Assembly (NCBI GenBank): GCA_050230475.1
Contig: JBFLGF010000169.1
Coordinates: forward strand, 1 to 59,384
DNA: 59,384 nucleotides
Reading direction: 5' to 3'
From: Ancylonema sp.
Lineage: Eukaryota
A model generated the notes under the pieces. The model was given only the letters and a program-made list of their open reading frames with translations, searched no databases and had not been told where the DNA came from. The number at the start of each line of letters is the position of its first letter. The first letter of the stretch is position 1. This document shows, one piece after another, positions 12,913 to 26,909 of the stretch. The translations under genes were made by a program, and so were the position numbers.

Positions 12913-15714
12913 GTGTATAACACGATTTTTTCGGAGGAGTGAGTAAGTACAATGCAAGTGTATAACGGGCCATATTTCCGTGTTTGTCTATGAGCACGAT
13001 CGTGCTCCTTACGTCGATGGCTTTTTTGTCGTTACATAATGAATGGAGAGACTAATCGGATGTGGCATTTGGTGTCACAATCACCACATTGCGTCACTTA
13101 CATTAGGCATATCTCGGGATGTCTAATCGTTATCTTGCCATGAGTGCAATAATCCGATATTGTCGTACTCATACTCATCCGACTAGCAGCACGGGAGTTC
13201 GGCCACCACAAGGCAGAACAACCTCACAAAACTACACCTTGACTCCCCTCAAACGTCCCCCATCGTCCCATTGCCTCCAACTATTCCTTGAGTGCCCACC
13301 CCACACTTCCCGATCGTCCCTTCCGGACCACAGACGTACCTCTCCTTCTAGCTATGGCATAGCTCACAGCCCAAGGCACAAGATGAGCTCACTCAATCCG
13401 AAAGCAAGTTTGCTCACGCGTAATGCAAATCAACTTCGTTGGAAATGCGAATGGAGCTATTGAAGACAACTTGGATCACGGAAAATCGTATCGATTTGAA
13501 AATATCGGATGATATACATGCAAATTGCACGTATATATTCGAAGAAAGTGTTCAATAATCAGGATCTCTGAAAACGGGCACGTTGGTTAGAAATGGATTC
13601 CAAACACGACAATTACAATGTGATGGATGATATACTCAATCGAGCGCACATCCCAACATACCAAATATGTAGCCATAGACCATAACAAATAGATCCGATC
13701 CTGTCATACACACTCTGCACCAACTCCCCAACATGACTAAGGTGCTACTCTATGGCAGGGCCTCAAAAATGGATACGGCAACGGCTCGAAACAAACGCCA
13801 ACGTAGGCGTGGGCCCCATACCCTACCCTATCGATTCGGTATGACTACTCAAAAAGAACTAGTGAACCATCTACATAAGTGCCACTTAGACATCCGTACA
13901 GGTGGCAGACCCACCCAATCAAATCTGGTCCGTTACAACGAGTACCGATGCATTCTCGTATGACAATTTGTAGCGCGCGCGGAGGCGTTCGAGGGTCACA
14001 CTTCATTTGTTCGATTGCGGCATAAAAGATGCGCTCTCGGCAATGAGGGTGCGAAGTATTGGTGGTATACACAATGCATTCGAATAAACTTTTTCTCCCT
14101 TTCTCTATGCCTTTTTGTTTTCACTTACCTCTCCCTTATTTATTTCTCTCTATCTTTTCCGAGAATGAGGATTTGCAGGTAACAACATTATTGATAGTGT
14201 ATCGACTCAACAGATTACCAACAGATTTGGTAAAATTTTGATGTCTCGGTTATTGCCGGCCGTACCCCATCGGTACCACATCGAGAATATCCTCGTCGAG
14301 ACCCGTTTAAAATACATCATTCGCGTGGTTCATGCTGGGCCCCTCCCCTAGCCTCGACAAATCGCTACGTCGCGCGCGTGCCCGGGGTCCCGAAAGCCAT
14401 TACAACAAAGGTGCGGGGAGCCCAAGCATATGCTATGGGCTCCGGCCTCCGAGCCCGAAACCCAAGCCTCGACTCGACAGCTGACACTAGGGTTGTGAAA
14501 TTACCGTAATTGGGATTTTGCCCACGTAATTACCATGTGAAATTACGTTTTTACGCGTAAACCGCGTCAACCGTAACTTTGGAAGCGTCACATTACGCTC
14601 GGCCATTTTAAACACGAAGCTTCGGCAAAATGTCGATATAAAGCCGGGATTTCTAATATCACACGTGTGGAAACCAATAATCACGTACGGACTCGTCCAA
14701 TTTCGACGTGGTACTCGTAAATCAGCCTTTGAATTACAACTGCCGGCTGAGACCGCGACCGAAAATTTTGATAAATTCACAAAGAGAGATACACTCCTGC
14801 AATATAGGAAATGTATAATTTACTATCGCATCATCTCACTTTCATAGAAATTGTTAGGAGTAGAACTAGGAATCAATCGGCCGATGAATTTATCCTCTTA
14901 TTACTATAATGGTTCTCGACAAAATGTGGCCCCGGGAATGCGACGGTAAAATGACCTTGGTCGACCACGGTACGTGAATGTAGTGGAAAAAGTCTTCATA
15001 GTACTATCTCTGTGCGTTACTGGCCAACTGAACCTGAGGACTTCAACCACGATCAAGTCGTCTTTCATATCCATTGATATTCCCAGCAGTATCCGCCCGA
15101 TCGGAAGCCGATCGGAACTCCAGAAGACGATCGCTCCAGATCCTTAGTCGTTTTTCGGGCCGGAGCCCTGAACATTCAAACAAATGCCACAAGTTAGGCG
15201 AAAAACCAAAAAACTTATGAAAATATGTTTGATTTCTTAACTTTTTCAACTTCACGATTCTGAAACTTTACACTTTCCAGTCAGAAAAATCTCAAAACAG
15301 CATAACCTTCAAAATTACACTAGTCCTATCAGCACCAACTTTTGACACAAGTTTTGCAACAATGAGAGATGAGAACATACATTCGAAAATTCAGAACAAA
15401 CTGACAAGTTTAAAGAAAGTTGAGCATCACACTTTCTGATTTTAAAGTGTCCTTCAGCGTTTTCAAGTGTCTTTTCATCAAGGTATTAAGGTGAAAGTGT
15501 GACTTAGCTGGATGAGCTGAAGTTGGTGTACCCTCCCCTTTACTTCTGCATGAAAAGAAACATAACAACCCACCCCCTGCCAACAGGCATGGCATTCGAA
15601 CCCTTCGATCATAAAAATAAAAGAAAAGACTGACACCCCCAGTTCAGTATAACCGTCCAAAACCTAGACTTTTGCTGTGTCTGTCGTCTGTCCAGTAAAA
15701 CTTGGGGAAGAGCT

Positions 15715-18700
15715 TTAGTTAGCATATCTGCTGGCAAGAGACACATATTTTAGACTCCCCGTGCTGTGGCATTCCCGTACCCAGTGATATACCACATTAA
15801 AATGTTTTGCTTTCTCTCTTTGCACAGGATTCTGGATCATGGAGAGAGCTGAGTCAGTGTGGATTGAGTTGGGAATTTGAGTTCTTTCAAGAGAGACTTT
15901 AGATAACAGCATTCTTTAGACACACTACAGGCAGCCATATACTCAGCCTCAGCAGTGCTCTGTGCAACAGTTGACTGTTTCTGTGACTTCCAACTCAGTG
16001 CTGTCCCCCCAACCGTGGTTACCCATCCCAGTGACCTGACTTCCCTGTCATGCTACAACTGTTCCATGATGCATCGCAGTAAACTTTTCAAAGCTGTCTT
16101 TATGTCCTTTCCCACAAACGTCAGTCCGTGGTTGACAGTCCCTTAAAGGTATCTGAATAGTTGATGTAACGCCCTTATATGTGCGACCCCAGGATTTCCC
16201 ATGTGTTTAGCCAGTATTCCAAGTGCATACCCGATGTCTAGTCTGGTTTGTTTCATGGCATATATGAGAGATCCCACTTTCCCTCGAAAGTCTGTTATTT
16301 CTTCAGGGGTAGGGGGAAGAGTTGGTTCATCATTTTGTGTAAATTGAGTTCCAGGGGCTAGGGGGAGGGTTGGATTACACTTATGCATCCCATCATAGCG
16401 TTCGAGCACTCCCCTTAAGAAACCTGACTGTCCCAGTGTGAGCAGTCTTCTCTGTCTATCCCTCTTCAATTCCACCCCCAGGATATGGGTTAGGGGACCC
16501 AGATCGTTGACTTTGAACTTTTTACCCATATCTTCTTTAAAAGTTTTGACGACCATTGCGTTAGGACCTGTGATGACCTGATCATCACATGTATGCCCAG
16601 AATGATTCTGTTGTCTGCTTCCCCCCTCATATATATACATGTGTCCATTACGCATTGTGTAAACACTTCAGATATCATAAACTTTCTGAACATCTCTTGC
16701 CACACGTGGCTACTCTGATTTAGACCGTATAAAGCCCCCTTCAGTCGTAAGACCTTTCCCTCAGCACCCCCATTGATATACATACGTGGTGGTATTTTCA
16801 TGTAAACTTCTTCTTCGAGACGTCCATGCAGGAACGCTGTGATTACGTCCATCTGTTCCAGTTCCCAGTCATATTGGTTGGCTATAGAGAGGAGTAGGGT
16901 GATAGATGTACTGTCGATTACTGGTGCAAATAGTTCATTATAGTCAATACCCTCTTGCTGTAAGAATCCCTGTGCGACCAGTCTGACTTTATATCTTTCT
17001 ATATCCCCCTGTGGTGTTGTTTTGACCTTAAAAACATATCTGCACCCCACAGCCTTTTTACCTGGAGGAAGCACACACACCTCAACGGTGTTGAACGTCT
17101 CCAGGGCAGCGAGCTCGTCCACAATGGCCCTGTCCCACTGGTCCCAGTCTGGCCTCATCATCGCATGGTTGAGGGTGAGTGGCTCGGAGGAGTTGTTGTT
17201 TGATGCTACGCATGCGTAGCCAGGATCGACAGGACCGTTGGCCAGAGTGTAGAAACAGCTGTGCTCCCACTCAGTCGCTGAGTAGGTTGGCATGAGCTGC
17301 GTCATCGAACTCCTCCCCATCACATCACATGAGATCCCCATACTCGGCAAAGGTGGCTCGTCTTCTGGTGGCCATCACCCGATCAGCTACGCTGCCTTGG
17401 CTCCCCCACTCGTGGGTTCGCACCCCCTCCTTCCTCCTCCTCCCCTCTGCATCTCCACCTCCTGCGTTGTTGATCCCCTGACTGGCTGTCAGACAGCACA
17501 ATCGTGGCGTTCAACCACAGAGATAGGGACCTCAGCAGCTGGTGGTGGCGGAACCTGTAACACTGGGATCTGGGCTCCTGGGTCGTTGTGTGCTGTTGCT
17601 GCTGGCACTGCTGCTGGAACTGCTGCTGGTACTGCTGCTTCTTCTGCTTCTGCTGCTAGCGTTGCAGTTGTTATTGCTGCTTGTCCTGATACCCCTCCAG
17701 CCTTAGGCTCATCATCCGTGTCGGGGAACAACTAGAGAAAGTGTCCATCTGCTGACGCCTCGACCTGGGGAGCTCTCCCCCCCATGAGTCTCGGGTACCC
17801 CGGCACTTCCTCGAAGACCGCACCATCACGCCGGCTCTGAGCGGGTCGAAGATGTTGTACCCAGCCTGATCTGCTGCCAGACCAATATATACCCCAAAAG
17901 CAGTCCTGGCAGCATACTTGTCCCCTTGTTTATTTTTATCATGCCCAACTAGCAAATATTGAACCAGACAGCCGATTGTGTGACTTCTGCGTCCATTTTT
18001 ATCTGTCGTCCAGTCCACTCCTCAATAGGTATCCCCCCTGTCAATGAACTAGTGGGGGTCCTGTTCCTTAACCAGTTTGCGTGCATCAGTGCCACATCCC
18101 AATACGATTTAGGCAGTTTAGACCACATCAAAACACCTCATCTTTTCCATCAATGTTATGTTCAACTTTTCACACATTCCATTCTGTTGAGGGCTGTAGG
18201 GAGAGCAGTCAGTTCATGTCTGATGCCTTTATCCTCACAATAGCCTTTCCACTCTTTACTTGTGTATTCACCCCCCCCATCATCTGTCCAGATGGACTTT
18301 AACGCCAGTCCTGATTCAACTTCAAGTTTCTGTACAGTGATGCGCGTTTGACTGTGAGCATCGCTCTTGTGCCTAAGAAGAGATACTGTTGATAGTCTAG
18401 TGTTGACCTCTATCCCTGTCTGTGCGTAGTCAAACCCTCCGTGCATTGATTTAACACCAAAAGGACCTATCAGATCTAGATGCAACCTCCCCATTTTCGG
18501 CATAGTGGCCACATCCTCGCTAGCAATAGCATGCCCCTTCTGTCCCATTTTCCCCATACAACAGATCTCACAATCCCTGACTTCAGTCAATTCCTCCTGA
18601 TTCAGTCTCGGTATATCACCACGTCTGGCCATGTCTGACATGGCTGGTATACCAGGGTGACCCAGTTTGCCATGCCAGAGCATGCCTATGGACAGATTAG

Positions 18701-21009
18701 CTTGCAGACCAGAAGAACCAGGCATGATGATAGATGCATGCAGCAACGACAGACCATTCCTCTCCCTGCTGACATCAGCCCGTTTTAGTCCATTCTTAGT
18801 CAATTTGGGGCCATGTGGGGTCTGGGCAAAGCTCAGCCCACCTCTTTGGACGAGGCAGTCGGTGGACACCAGGGTCGCAGCGAATGTAGGGACGTGCAGA
18901 GCAGTGAGAGGGACGACAAAAGAGGAGTCGTCGTTCTTCACTTTCACGTGCACGAAGCCTGTCCCCTCGACCTTGTGGGGCGTCATCGGCCGTGTGGATG
19001 AAAGAATGCTGCATTGGGACGTTGGTGTCGTACTCGACGAAGTGGTTTCGGTTTACGAAGACGTGATCAGTCGAGCCTGAATCAAGCGATGCGAACAATC
19101 AGTTCCAGCTGCCATCGCAATCCTTGCGTCAGATGAGAATGCTGCATAAGCTCTAAGGGTTTAGAGGCATCGAAAGGTGTGTCTGGTCTTGCAGCAAGTC
19201 TAGCCTGAGAGCTTGATTACGGAGATTTTCGAATCAGGTGCAGAGACAATGCCAGAGATCAGATTTATACGCTTTTCAAACATTCTGCCAATGTGTGTCC
19301 AAGCTTATCACAGTATCTGCACTTAGGTTTCGGACTGCCACTTCCCAGGCCAGCCGATCTTCCTCCTCCCCACCATGCCGTTGCTGGCCGCATTGCGACA
19401 GCCTGTGGCCGGTCTGGTTGCAGCCATGGCACCTCATTGGCGGACGCACGGGGCAATCCGACTTCAGGTGGCCATACTGGTTGCAACCGTAGCACTGAGT
19501 TCTCGTCAGGTCGCGACTTCCGGGAGCCGATCCCACCTGGTCGACTTGGGCCAGCTCCGGAGCCGAGTAACCTCCCCTTCCTGCGAAATTGGACTGCTGC
19601 CCTCCCGGCAGCGCCCCTCTCTTCCGGTCGTTGCAGACCTCCCGTCGATCGCCAGCTGACAGAGTGCTGACGGCCTGAGGGATCGTGAAGAGTGATGGTG
19701 CAGAAACTGCCCAGGACATCACGCTCTCCACTCGTGCGCTGTAGCGAGTGTTCAAGGAATTCAGGAAGTTAATCGTCTGCTTTGCCGGCTTGACTGGTTC
19801 CCCCAGATGCCCCAGCCGATCGTGCAGCTCCTAAAGTCGCTTGACGTAATCGCTCAGCTCCTCCGCCTCTCCCATGATAATTGCCGTGAGCTCAGCTTCA
19901 GCGTTGGCAATTTCGATGGCTCCTTGAATGTCGTAGAAAGACTTCAGGGCCTCCCCCATCTCTGCAGCAGTCGTGCAGTTCCTCACATGCGTCAGCTCCC
20001 CCGTCTGGAGGTGTTTGATGTAGGCCATCGCGGCGATATTCTTCTTCGACCAGACCTCTCGAAGGAGAGTCTGTCGACCGATGAGCTGGGTGCGTGTTGT
20101 GATCGTTCTAGCGACGTCCGCAGCCTCCAGCGTATCGAGCTCATCCTGCGTGTGTGGTAGAAACACGACAGGCTCTTCTTGCCTCGGCGATTTTCCCCAA
20201 TCCATAACTATGTCGTGCAGCTCCTTGTCTGCCAGACCAAACTTGATCTTAAATGCCCACCCTTTGTAGTCTGCTCCTGTGAAGACGGAATGTATGATTT
20301 TTCCGTCATGTTAGGCAACAGCTAAAATTCTTGGTGCTTAGCTCTCAGCTGCTTTCTTGAGCGTGTTTCGTGCAGCGCTACTCACACCTCAGTCACTGGC
20401 AGCGCAACGAAGGATTACGGTGCAGTAACTTAATAACCTCTACCTCAGAGTGCCTTTAGCAGCGAATTGTGTGGAATGCCTGTAGTTATTGACACAACGT
20501 CTCTAACTAGACCGCTTGTGGGCCCATAACCTTTTTAGGGATGTTACGTGATTGGTGTGCGAGGCAGTGTGATTCTTTCCGTACAAGGGAACTTACGTCT
20601 CTCAGAAAGTGATCAATGACAAAGTGTTGAGTTGGGAAGAATAATCTTGAATGGTCGGCATCGCGTAGGTATACCACGATGCCTCGTCCACAACGTGAAT
20701 CTACAAAGCGTGCCGACGGTCGTGTCTGCGAACCGTCGGCCTATCATAACTCAAACAACAGTCAGATCCCTGTCAATGGCACACGCCGGACAGTCTGACA
20801 AAACATAATGTCTAGATTCGGAACCATCTAGACCGCACACGTGCTACAAACGGCACAACCGAAACGACGTCATATTCGGGTGCCCGGAAGTCCGGCCCCT
20901 CAATATAAGTCATTATAAGCACAACCTAGGAACACTACCGGTTACACTAACCGCGGCAGTCCGGACTCTAGCACGCTAGCAAACATGGCTATCCGATATA
21001 ATTCCAACA
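15715..21009 (-). mobile_element. Degenerate near-complete Ty1/Copia element: 5' LTR ~20534-21009, PBS, gag, protease, integrase, RT, RNase H; no matching 3' LTR seen
   Basis: Zinc knuckles CYGCNQYGHLKSDC, CHGCNQTGHRLSQC, CRYCDKLGHTLAEC; LDSGSTDH; LWHGKLGH..CEIC; RLHLDLIGP, TDDGGGEY; YKVRLVAQGFLQQEGIDYNELFAPV; MDVITAFLHG; KAKHFNVVYHWVRE. Many frameshifts. Confidence 0.92.
20519..20532 (-). promoter_or_regulatory. Copia primer-binding site GGTTATGGGCCCA (internal tRNAi-Met fragment type)
   Basis: The motif lies directly 3' of the LTR end and upstream of gag. Confidence 0.7.
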
Positions 21010-21077
21010 AGCTCCGGGATCAATGAGCCCGGATCTTGTGGGCTCTGGGCTCATTGGGCTCGGGCTCCCCCCACACT

Positions 21078-21578
21078 AATAGTTGCACCGGAACAGAGGC
21101 CGTTTTCCGCACGGGGCCGAGAGCAATCTGCCATCTCTAGCAAATGCAAACGTCATACAGATTTGCTTGCAAACGTTCGTAATACGTCCGTGAATTTCGG
21201 CAAACGTGTACGAATTGTACGGATGCAAACGTTTGCGATTGCAAAAGCTTGCTTGTATTTTTTTTAATTTTTTTTTTGGGGTTTTTTGGAAGTTTCAAAT
21301 TTTAGTGGTTACGTTCTAACGGTGAACGTCATGAACCAATAATGACGAGTTTTACAAACTTCCGTACTCGAGTTACCAGAAGCGTACTACATAAATAATG
21401 AAGAAATACGCTACAGGCGTTTGCAAAACGTTTGCAAAATCGAATTTTTGAAAACGGTTTCCAAATGTAAACGTTTTGCAAACGCCGTTTGCAATTTTTG
21501 TCGTTCGCACGTTTTCCGTACGTACGCGTTTGCAATACGACGTTTGCATGCATTTTTGACGGTTTCGTGCAACCGTGG
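21078..21578. mobile_element. Putative MITE with AAACGTTTGC internal repeats
   Basis: Ends are ATAGTTGCAC and GTGCAACCGTG; many CAAACGTTTG-like motifs inside. Confidence 0.45.
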
Positions 21579-22169
21579 AATATAGTGGATGAAATTGTAA
21601 AAAATCGAAAAAGTAAGGATGAAAGGTGGTATTATAGATGATTTTTTTTACAATGTAGTGGAAGATATATTTCACCACCGAACAAATATTTTCTAAATAC
21701 TTACTTCACTAATGATCTTTACATGAAGCCATCGCATTTCACTTATTAAAAAGATTATTTCACATTAATATATTTCATAGAACAACAATCATACTCAATC
21801 AACATTCGAGAAGTACATATAACACCCTAATCATTGTAGATAGCGGATGTGTCTTAGCTATAAACTTGATGTCCTCAAATAAACGTTTGTCATCCATATT
21901 TAAAGAAATCTCCCTTTTTTCGTTTGTTTTTTTCTAAATTTGGGCTCCGAGCTGGTCTCCGGGTCAGCTCCGAGCCCGGATCGTGGGCTCCGGGCTCTGA
22001 TATTGTGATATTGGCTCCGGGCTCTGATCCCGAAGCCCAAAGGATCTCGTTGGACAACCCGCTGTATGAATTCGCCCCGGGCGAAAAAAACATGCCTGAA
22101 GCGCCGGTCGGGGCGCAAAGTGGGGCGAATTATACGGGGCGGAGCCAAACGATGGTCCGATGAGCCATC

Positions 22170-24200
22170 CCTTGCTCAGACTGAAGGCTGCTCTGCGTAT
22201 CACTGCCTTGACACTTCGAGAACATCGTCTACAGTGAGAGCTTCCGCGACTTTCTGTTGTGAAAAACCTGTTCGTCAGAGTATCACCTAATGACAGCGGA
22301 AAATCAACTTCCAGTTCCTTTGACCACCCCGGTGTGGGGAAAGCTCCGCATTGTGGGAGAAGTGAACGGCCCCGAGGCTCTGGAGCAGCTTTTCTGTGAT
22401 TTTCGTCAGGCCGAAGTGACTGCCCGCGCCTTTGATCGGTTCACCCCGGCAACGCTGCTCTTCATTCCCGATGTGTATATAGACAATTTCTTGAGGGAGA
22501 TGGCCCCCGACTTGGTCCTTATCACAAACGCAGAACAGGATTTTACATGAACGTGATTTGAGGATTCTACATAGAGGTGAGACAAGACCTTGTGCGCTGC
22601 GCTCATTCCTCCCACCCTGGCTGCTTGTATGACCTCGGTCTGCGGCGTTCCGTTTCCTTTGCAGCTGACAACAAAAACTGGATTCAGCCATGGTTACCCG
22701 AAGGTACGGTGCACCGATCCCTTGTAGCTGCAAATTCTGGAAGAAGTAGGTCTGCTGTATTGTCGCCGCTCCTGGAGTTGGTGTGAACAGTGCTCGGCTT
22801 CATCCCTCCTTCTTAGTGCCGCTGGGAATCTTCGGGTACCAGATCGTCGGAGGGACTGAATTTGTAGCTCGTCGTTGTGTGGTTGTATTATTTTCTCACA
22901 TCTCAGTGACCTCTTCAGACCCTTTGTCCCGAAGCAATTTCTTGCCGGGTTTGTGACGCTGTTCGAGGGGCACACAGGATACGACTTCTGGGATTGCTAC
23001 TTGTCCGAGATCGTAGACTTCGTGAAGGCTGCGGAGAAGAAGCTGTGTGAGTCGCGATGGGAGGTGCCGATGGAGGTGAAAAGCCTCAAGTGGATCTTGC
23101 TGGCGGCACTAACAGCCCCCCGAGGTAAATAGTTGCACAATGAATCTTGCAGTCCGCTGTGATTGGCCCGCTGGTCCTGACTGGGTGCCTTTGGGGGAGT
23201 TGCAGGTATCCATGAACGAAATGGTGATGCCCCCGACGCCAACACCACTACCCCCTGTTCACAGCTGGGTTGTTCTGGTGTGGTCCACCCACTTCTGTCT
23301 TGTGCCGCCTTCTAACTGCCCAAGAATTAATTGTGCAGTGAAGGAGAAGGTGTTGCTGGAAGTGAGGCAGATTCGCAAGGTTGAGCGTAACATGAAAGAC
23401 TGGGAAGCAGTAGAGAGCACGGTAGGCTGGGTGGATGGTGGGGGGGTAGATGGTACTCCTTGGGGCATTCGTAGGCCGCCAGACGGAGGCAATCCAAATC
23501 GAGAGCGTGTTGGTTCCGAGAGCTTGTGTGGCACACGAGCCGTACCCCTTATTCGTTACCTCCTTCCTTTTCTCCGGATTGTGTGGCAGATGAAATGGTG
23601 GCATCCGTGGGTAGGGATCCCGCATCCCTTGCATAATCCTGGGGCTTCTCCATGGGACATACCGAGCGAGAAGTCAGGTAGAGCAGGGAGTACCGTTAGA
23701 AGATGGGATTGGCTAGAACATGCAAACATGGTCCTCCGTTTTGCTCCTTCATACTGTATGATGTGAGATAGTTGACATGAGAATGGGATGTGGTTGGGGC
23801 AGGGGGTGGTCCGTACTGAAGGGTCTGTCCCCCTTCTGGGACGGTGGGGGGAGTAGCGCCGATGAGAGCAAGGGATGCGTCTCCCACAAGTTCAGAAATA
23901 AGTATGGAAGGCACTTCGGATCTATTGCCTTCGGCTGCACACACACCACGCCCCGCTGTAACACGGCGACTGGTTGGCACGGTTGGCTGGTTTATATGGT
24001 TGAAGTTTGGCAAGGGAGAAGTGGTTTGAATATCGAGGTCTATAAATCATCACAATGCAAGTTGGGGTATTTTTCGACCATATGTCAGACATTCGGAGTT
24101 CCAATCCGGATCACAACCGGATCACAAATTTTCCGATTGGATCTGGGACATCGATGGGTGTGGGCTTTAAAAACCTTGGTGGTGTATTTATCTCGGGCCC
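22170..24200. mobile_element. Unknown repeated element, copy 1: degenerate + ORF (~22230-23132) converging with a - ORF carrying a Cys/His motif
   Basis: Clear homology to the reverse complement of ~51900-53390; shared peptides WGKLRI.GEVNGPEAL, REMAPDLVLI, YDFWDCYLS, GLCKGCGIPTHGCHHFIC. Confidence 0.65.
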
Positions 24201-24432
24201 AGTGGTAAGGGTTCCGTCCGTAATGATGGGTTAGATGAGGTACGGGGTGGTTGTGTGGACGTCTTGTTGTCTTGCTGTCTTGGTGTTGTTAGGCTACGAA
24301 ATACTATTTCACAATGTATTGTTACAAAATGTTGAACAGCAAATTGAAGTTCGAAGAACATGCTACTAAATGCACAAACAACAAACGATCATAAAACACA
24401 ATGACAATAATTCATAGCTTTCGGATCTAAAG

Positions 24433-25357
24433 CATAGTTACCCGAATCGGAAAAATCAAATTTTGGAACCGAGGTCCGATTGGTCCGAGATGCGGACCGG
24501 GACGGACCGTGCGGTTCTTAGGGTTTTTTCTTGACAGGTATTTTTCAAGGGGCGTTTTGCTTTTTTTTTTTTTTTTTTTGGGGCCTTACGTGTTGTACTT
24601 GGGCACCGCTTGTGACACTCCTGATGATTGAAACATTTCAAAAAATATATAGAAAGGAGGCATAAGGATGGTAGGATGCTCTACAATAACAAGTATTCTT
24701 TATGTGGTGGGAAAATGGATCAAATCTTGAGGTATGCGTGGATGAGGCAAAGGCATGATTAGTAAAAAGTAGTAGTTTGCCGAATAATTATGCATGTGGT
24801 ATGTGGTATTTGTATGTGTATATTAGATTTATGAAGGTGTTTGATAATTATGGTGAATGATAGGGTATATAGATTCGTTGAAACTTGAACTTGGAAAATA
24901 TACAATGTTCACTTTTGGTGTACTTTTGGAATAATCGTTTTGTAACATTGCAACCACCCTTAATCATATGTGAGCAATGCTGAAGATTAGTACATGAGAA
25001 AATGGTAAAATATATCATCGATTTTTTTTCTTAATTGCAGATGATTGTGTTGGGGGAGTCGGAGCAAAAAGTACTTGGTCAAAATTTATGAAAAAACGAC
25101 TGAGCACGTTGGTTTTTGGGTTTTCATTCATTAATGGCTTGGAGAATCAATTTTTAAACGTTTTTAATAGATGCAAATTGAAAAACTACTCAAGAAACAA
25201 TTGTTTCCGAAGTTTTTTGAACTGGGGAAAAAAAAAAAAACCCTGTAAGTACTGATTTTACCATAAATCGCCGGTCCAAGGTTTTGGGCCTCGAAGTACG
25301 GACCCCGGTCCGAGATGCGGACCTTCGAACCCGGTTCCGAAGGTTCGGGTAACTATG
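24433..25357. mobile_element. Non-autonomous hAT-type element (925 bp)
   Basis: Perfect 14-bp TIR CATAGTTACCCGAA/TTCGGGTAACTATG; perfect 8-bp TSD ATCTAAAG (24425-24432, 25358-25365); subterminal GGTCCGAGATGCGGACC occurs twice. Confidence 0.92.
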
Positions 25358-26736
25358 ATCTAAAGTACACTACGAGGGTTGATATTTTCCTTGCAGCACA
25401 AACATTTTTCCGGGTGGTCTCCATAATATTACACATGTATCAATACACATAGATAACAATGTGGAATGCAAGGATGGTAGTCATAGAAACCCGCTTCGTA
25501 TTCATCAGAAATGAGACCTTGATTAGAACATACTGTTCAACGTTCTTAGTACTAAAACTCAGTGAAGGGGCAATTGATGTTCTGCTACGTTTTTTTCTCT
25601 CCGGACAAATCAAATTGCACAATTCCCACAAAGGAAAACAAATGGTTTTAAAAAAATCGCACAAACGAAAAATGAACCCGAAACGTAAAGAGCAGTTTGC
25701 CTCACATATCGATTGGTACTCGGCTTGACCAAGAGCGCATGGCCAGAATTGGACAAGCGGCCGCATTGTATGCCCAACAACCACCTTCTCTCGCAGTTGA
25801 AGGCCTCCTTTCGGCCTCACTATATGCCAACTTCCGCTCCCAAGGTTGACGAGAGGGAAGAGATCAGGATCCCCGGCCTTATATTCAACGAAGAGGGCTT
25901 TGAGGCGGATACACACATCTGGTTTCGTGGGCTTGCATTGGAACGTCTAGTTACTAACAATGATATTGAAAAAATGATCACGCGATTAACGATCCTTTGG
26001 CACATGATGAATGATCTTCAATTTTCTCGTTGTTATCCGTTCGTTCCACGTGCGCAAAATATATTTCTTCCGAAGACCACGTAGAGTGATCCCGCAATAT
26101 AGTGACGACTTTATACACAGTGGGGTTTTGTGTCATTACATCGAACGCCAGGGTTGTCCCTACATATTTGGTAGGGCAACACTGGGCAAATGTCACATAT
26201 ACCGAGAGATAGTGATATTTAGGTGTTTTGAGCTATTAGATTGGGTTCGTAAATCACGAACCACGAACCACGAACTGCGATAGTAACTATGAATACAATC
26301 ATGGCTCACCGCTACGTGCGAAACGCATTATTTGAGAGCCTAGAGACGTACCGGCCGTCTAAAGTCCCCTTGTAGTCAAAAAATACCAAACATTTCTTTG
26401 ATCAAGGGCTCTCCCTCCCCCCCATCCCTAGATATACCCGAACGCGGGCGGGTCTACTCTCGAAATTTTCCGAACGCGTTCGGGCCCGGACTCACGCAGC
26501 CCTTCCGACCGTCCACAAACGGGCTCCCTTCCGGGCTTTCACAAATCAAGTTTCAAAACATCGTAGCTTGTAACTGGCATATGTTCTTTTCATATATTTT
26601 ATTTGTATATGGTAGGGGTTGTGGTTGACATAACTACTTTAACACTTCTAGTGTTTGTGTAGTTTGATAAAACAGGAACGACGAGCATCCTGAAAAACCT
26701 CTACAATAAACCCTTGATATAGTGACACTTGATGTA

Positions 26737-26909
26737 GAGTGAAACCTGTCCTAATCAATACTGTGCTAATTAATAATCTGTCTTAACTGATAGATTTATT
26801 TCCGCCCGAGTTCGGATTATCACTCAGAATCTGACGTGTTAATTAATAACCTGTCCTAATTTATATCTTATTACGGTCCCGACAATATTAATTAAGACAG
26901 GTTTTACTG
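26737..26909. mobile_element. Tc1/mariner-pogo-type MITE
   Basis: TIRs GAGTGAAACCTGTCCTAAT / ATTAAGACAGGTTTTACTG, flanked by TA on both sides. Confidence 0.65.

Noticed and set aside
13119..13963. Possible degenerate coding or LINE fragment
   Set aside because: No recognisable motif in any frame.
14410..21078. Single GAGCCC MITE enclosing the Copia element
   Set aside because: The ends are roughly inverted (GTGCGGGGAGCCC / GGGCTCCCCCCACAC) but no TSD was found; plausible but unsupported.
21160..21550. CRISPR-like array of AAACGTTTGC repeats
   Set aside because: Repeats are short, degenerate and irregularly spaced, with no cas genes and a eukaryotic context.
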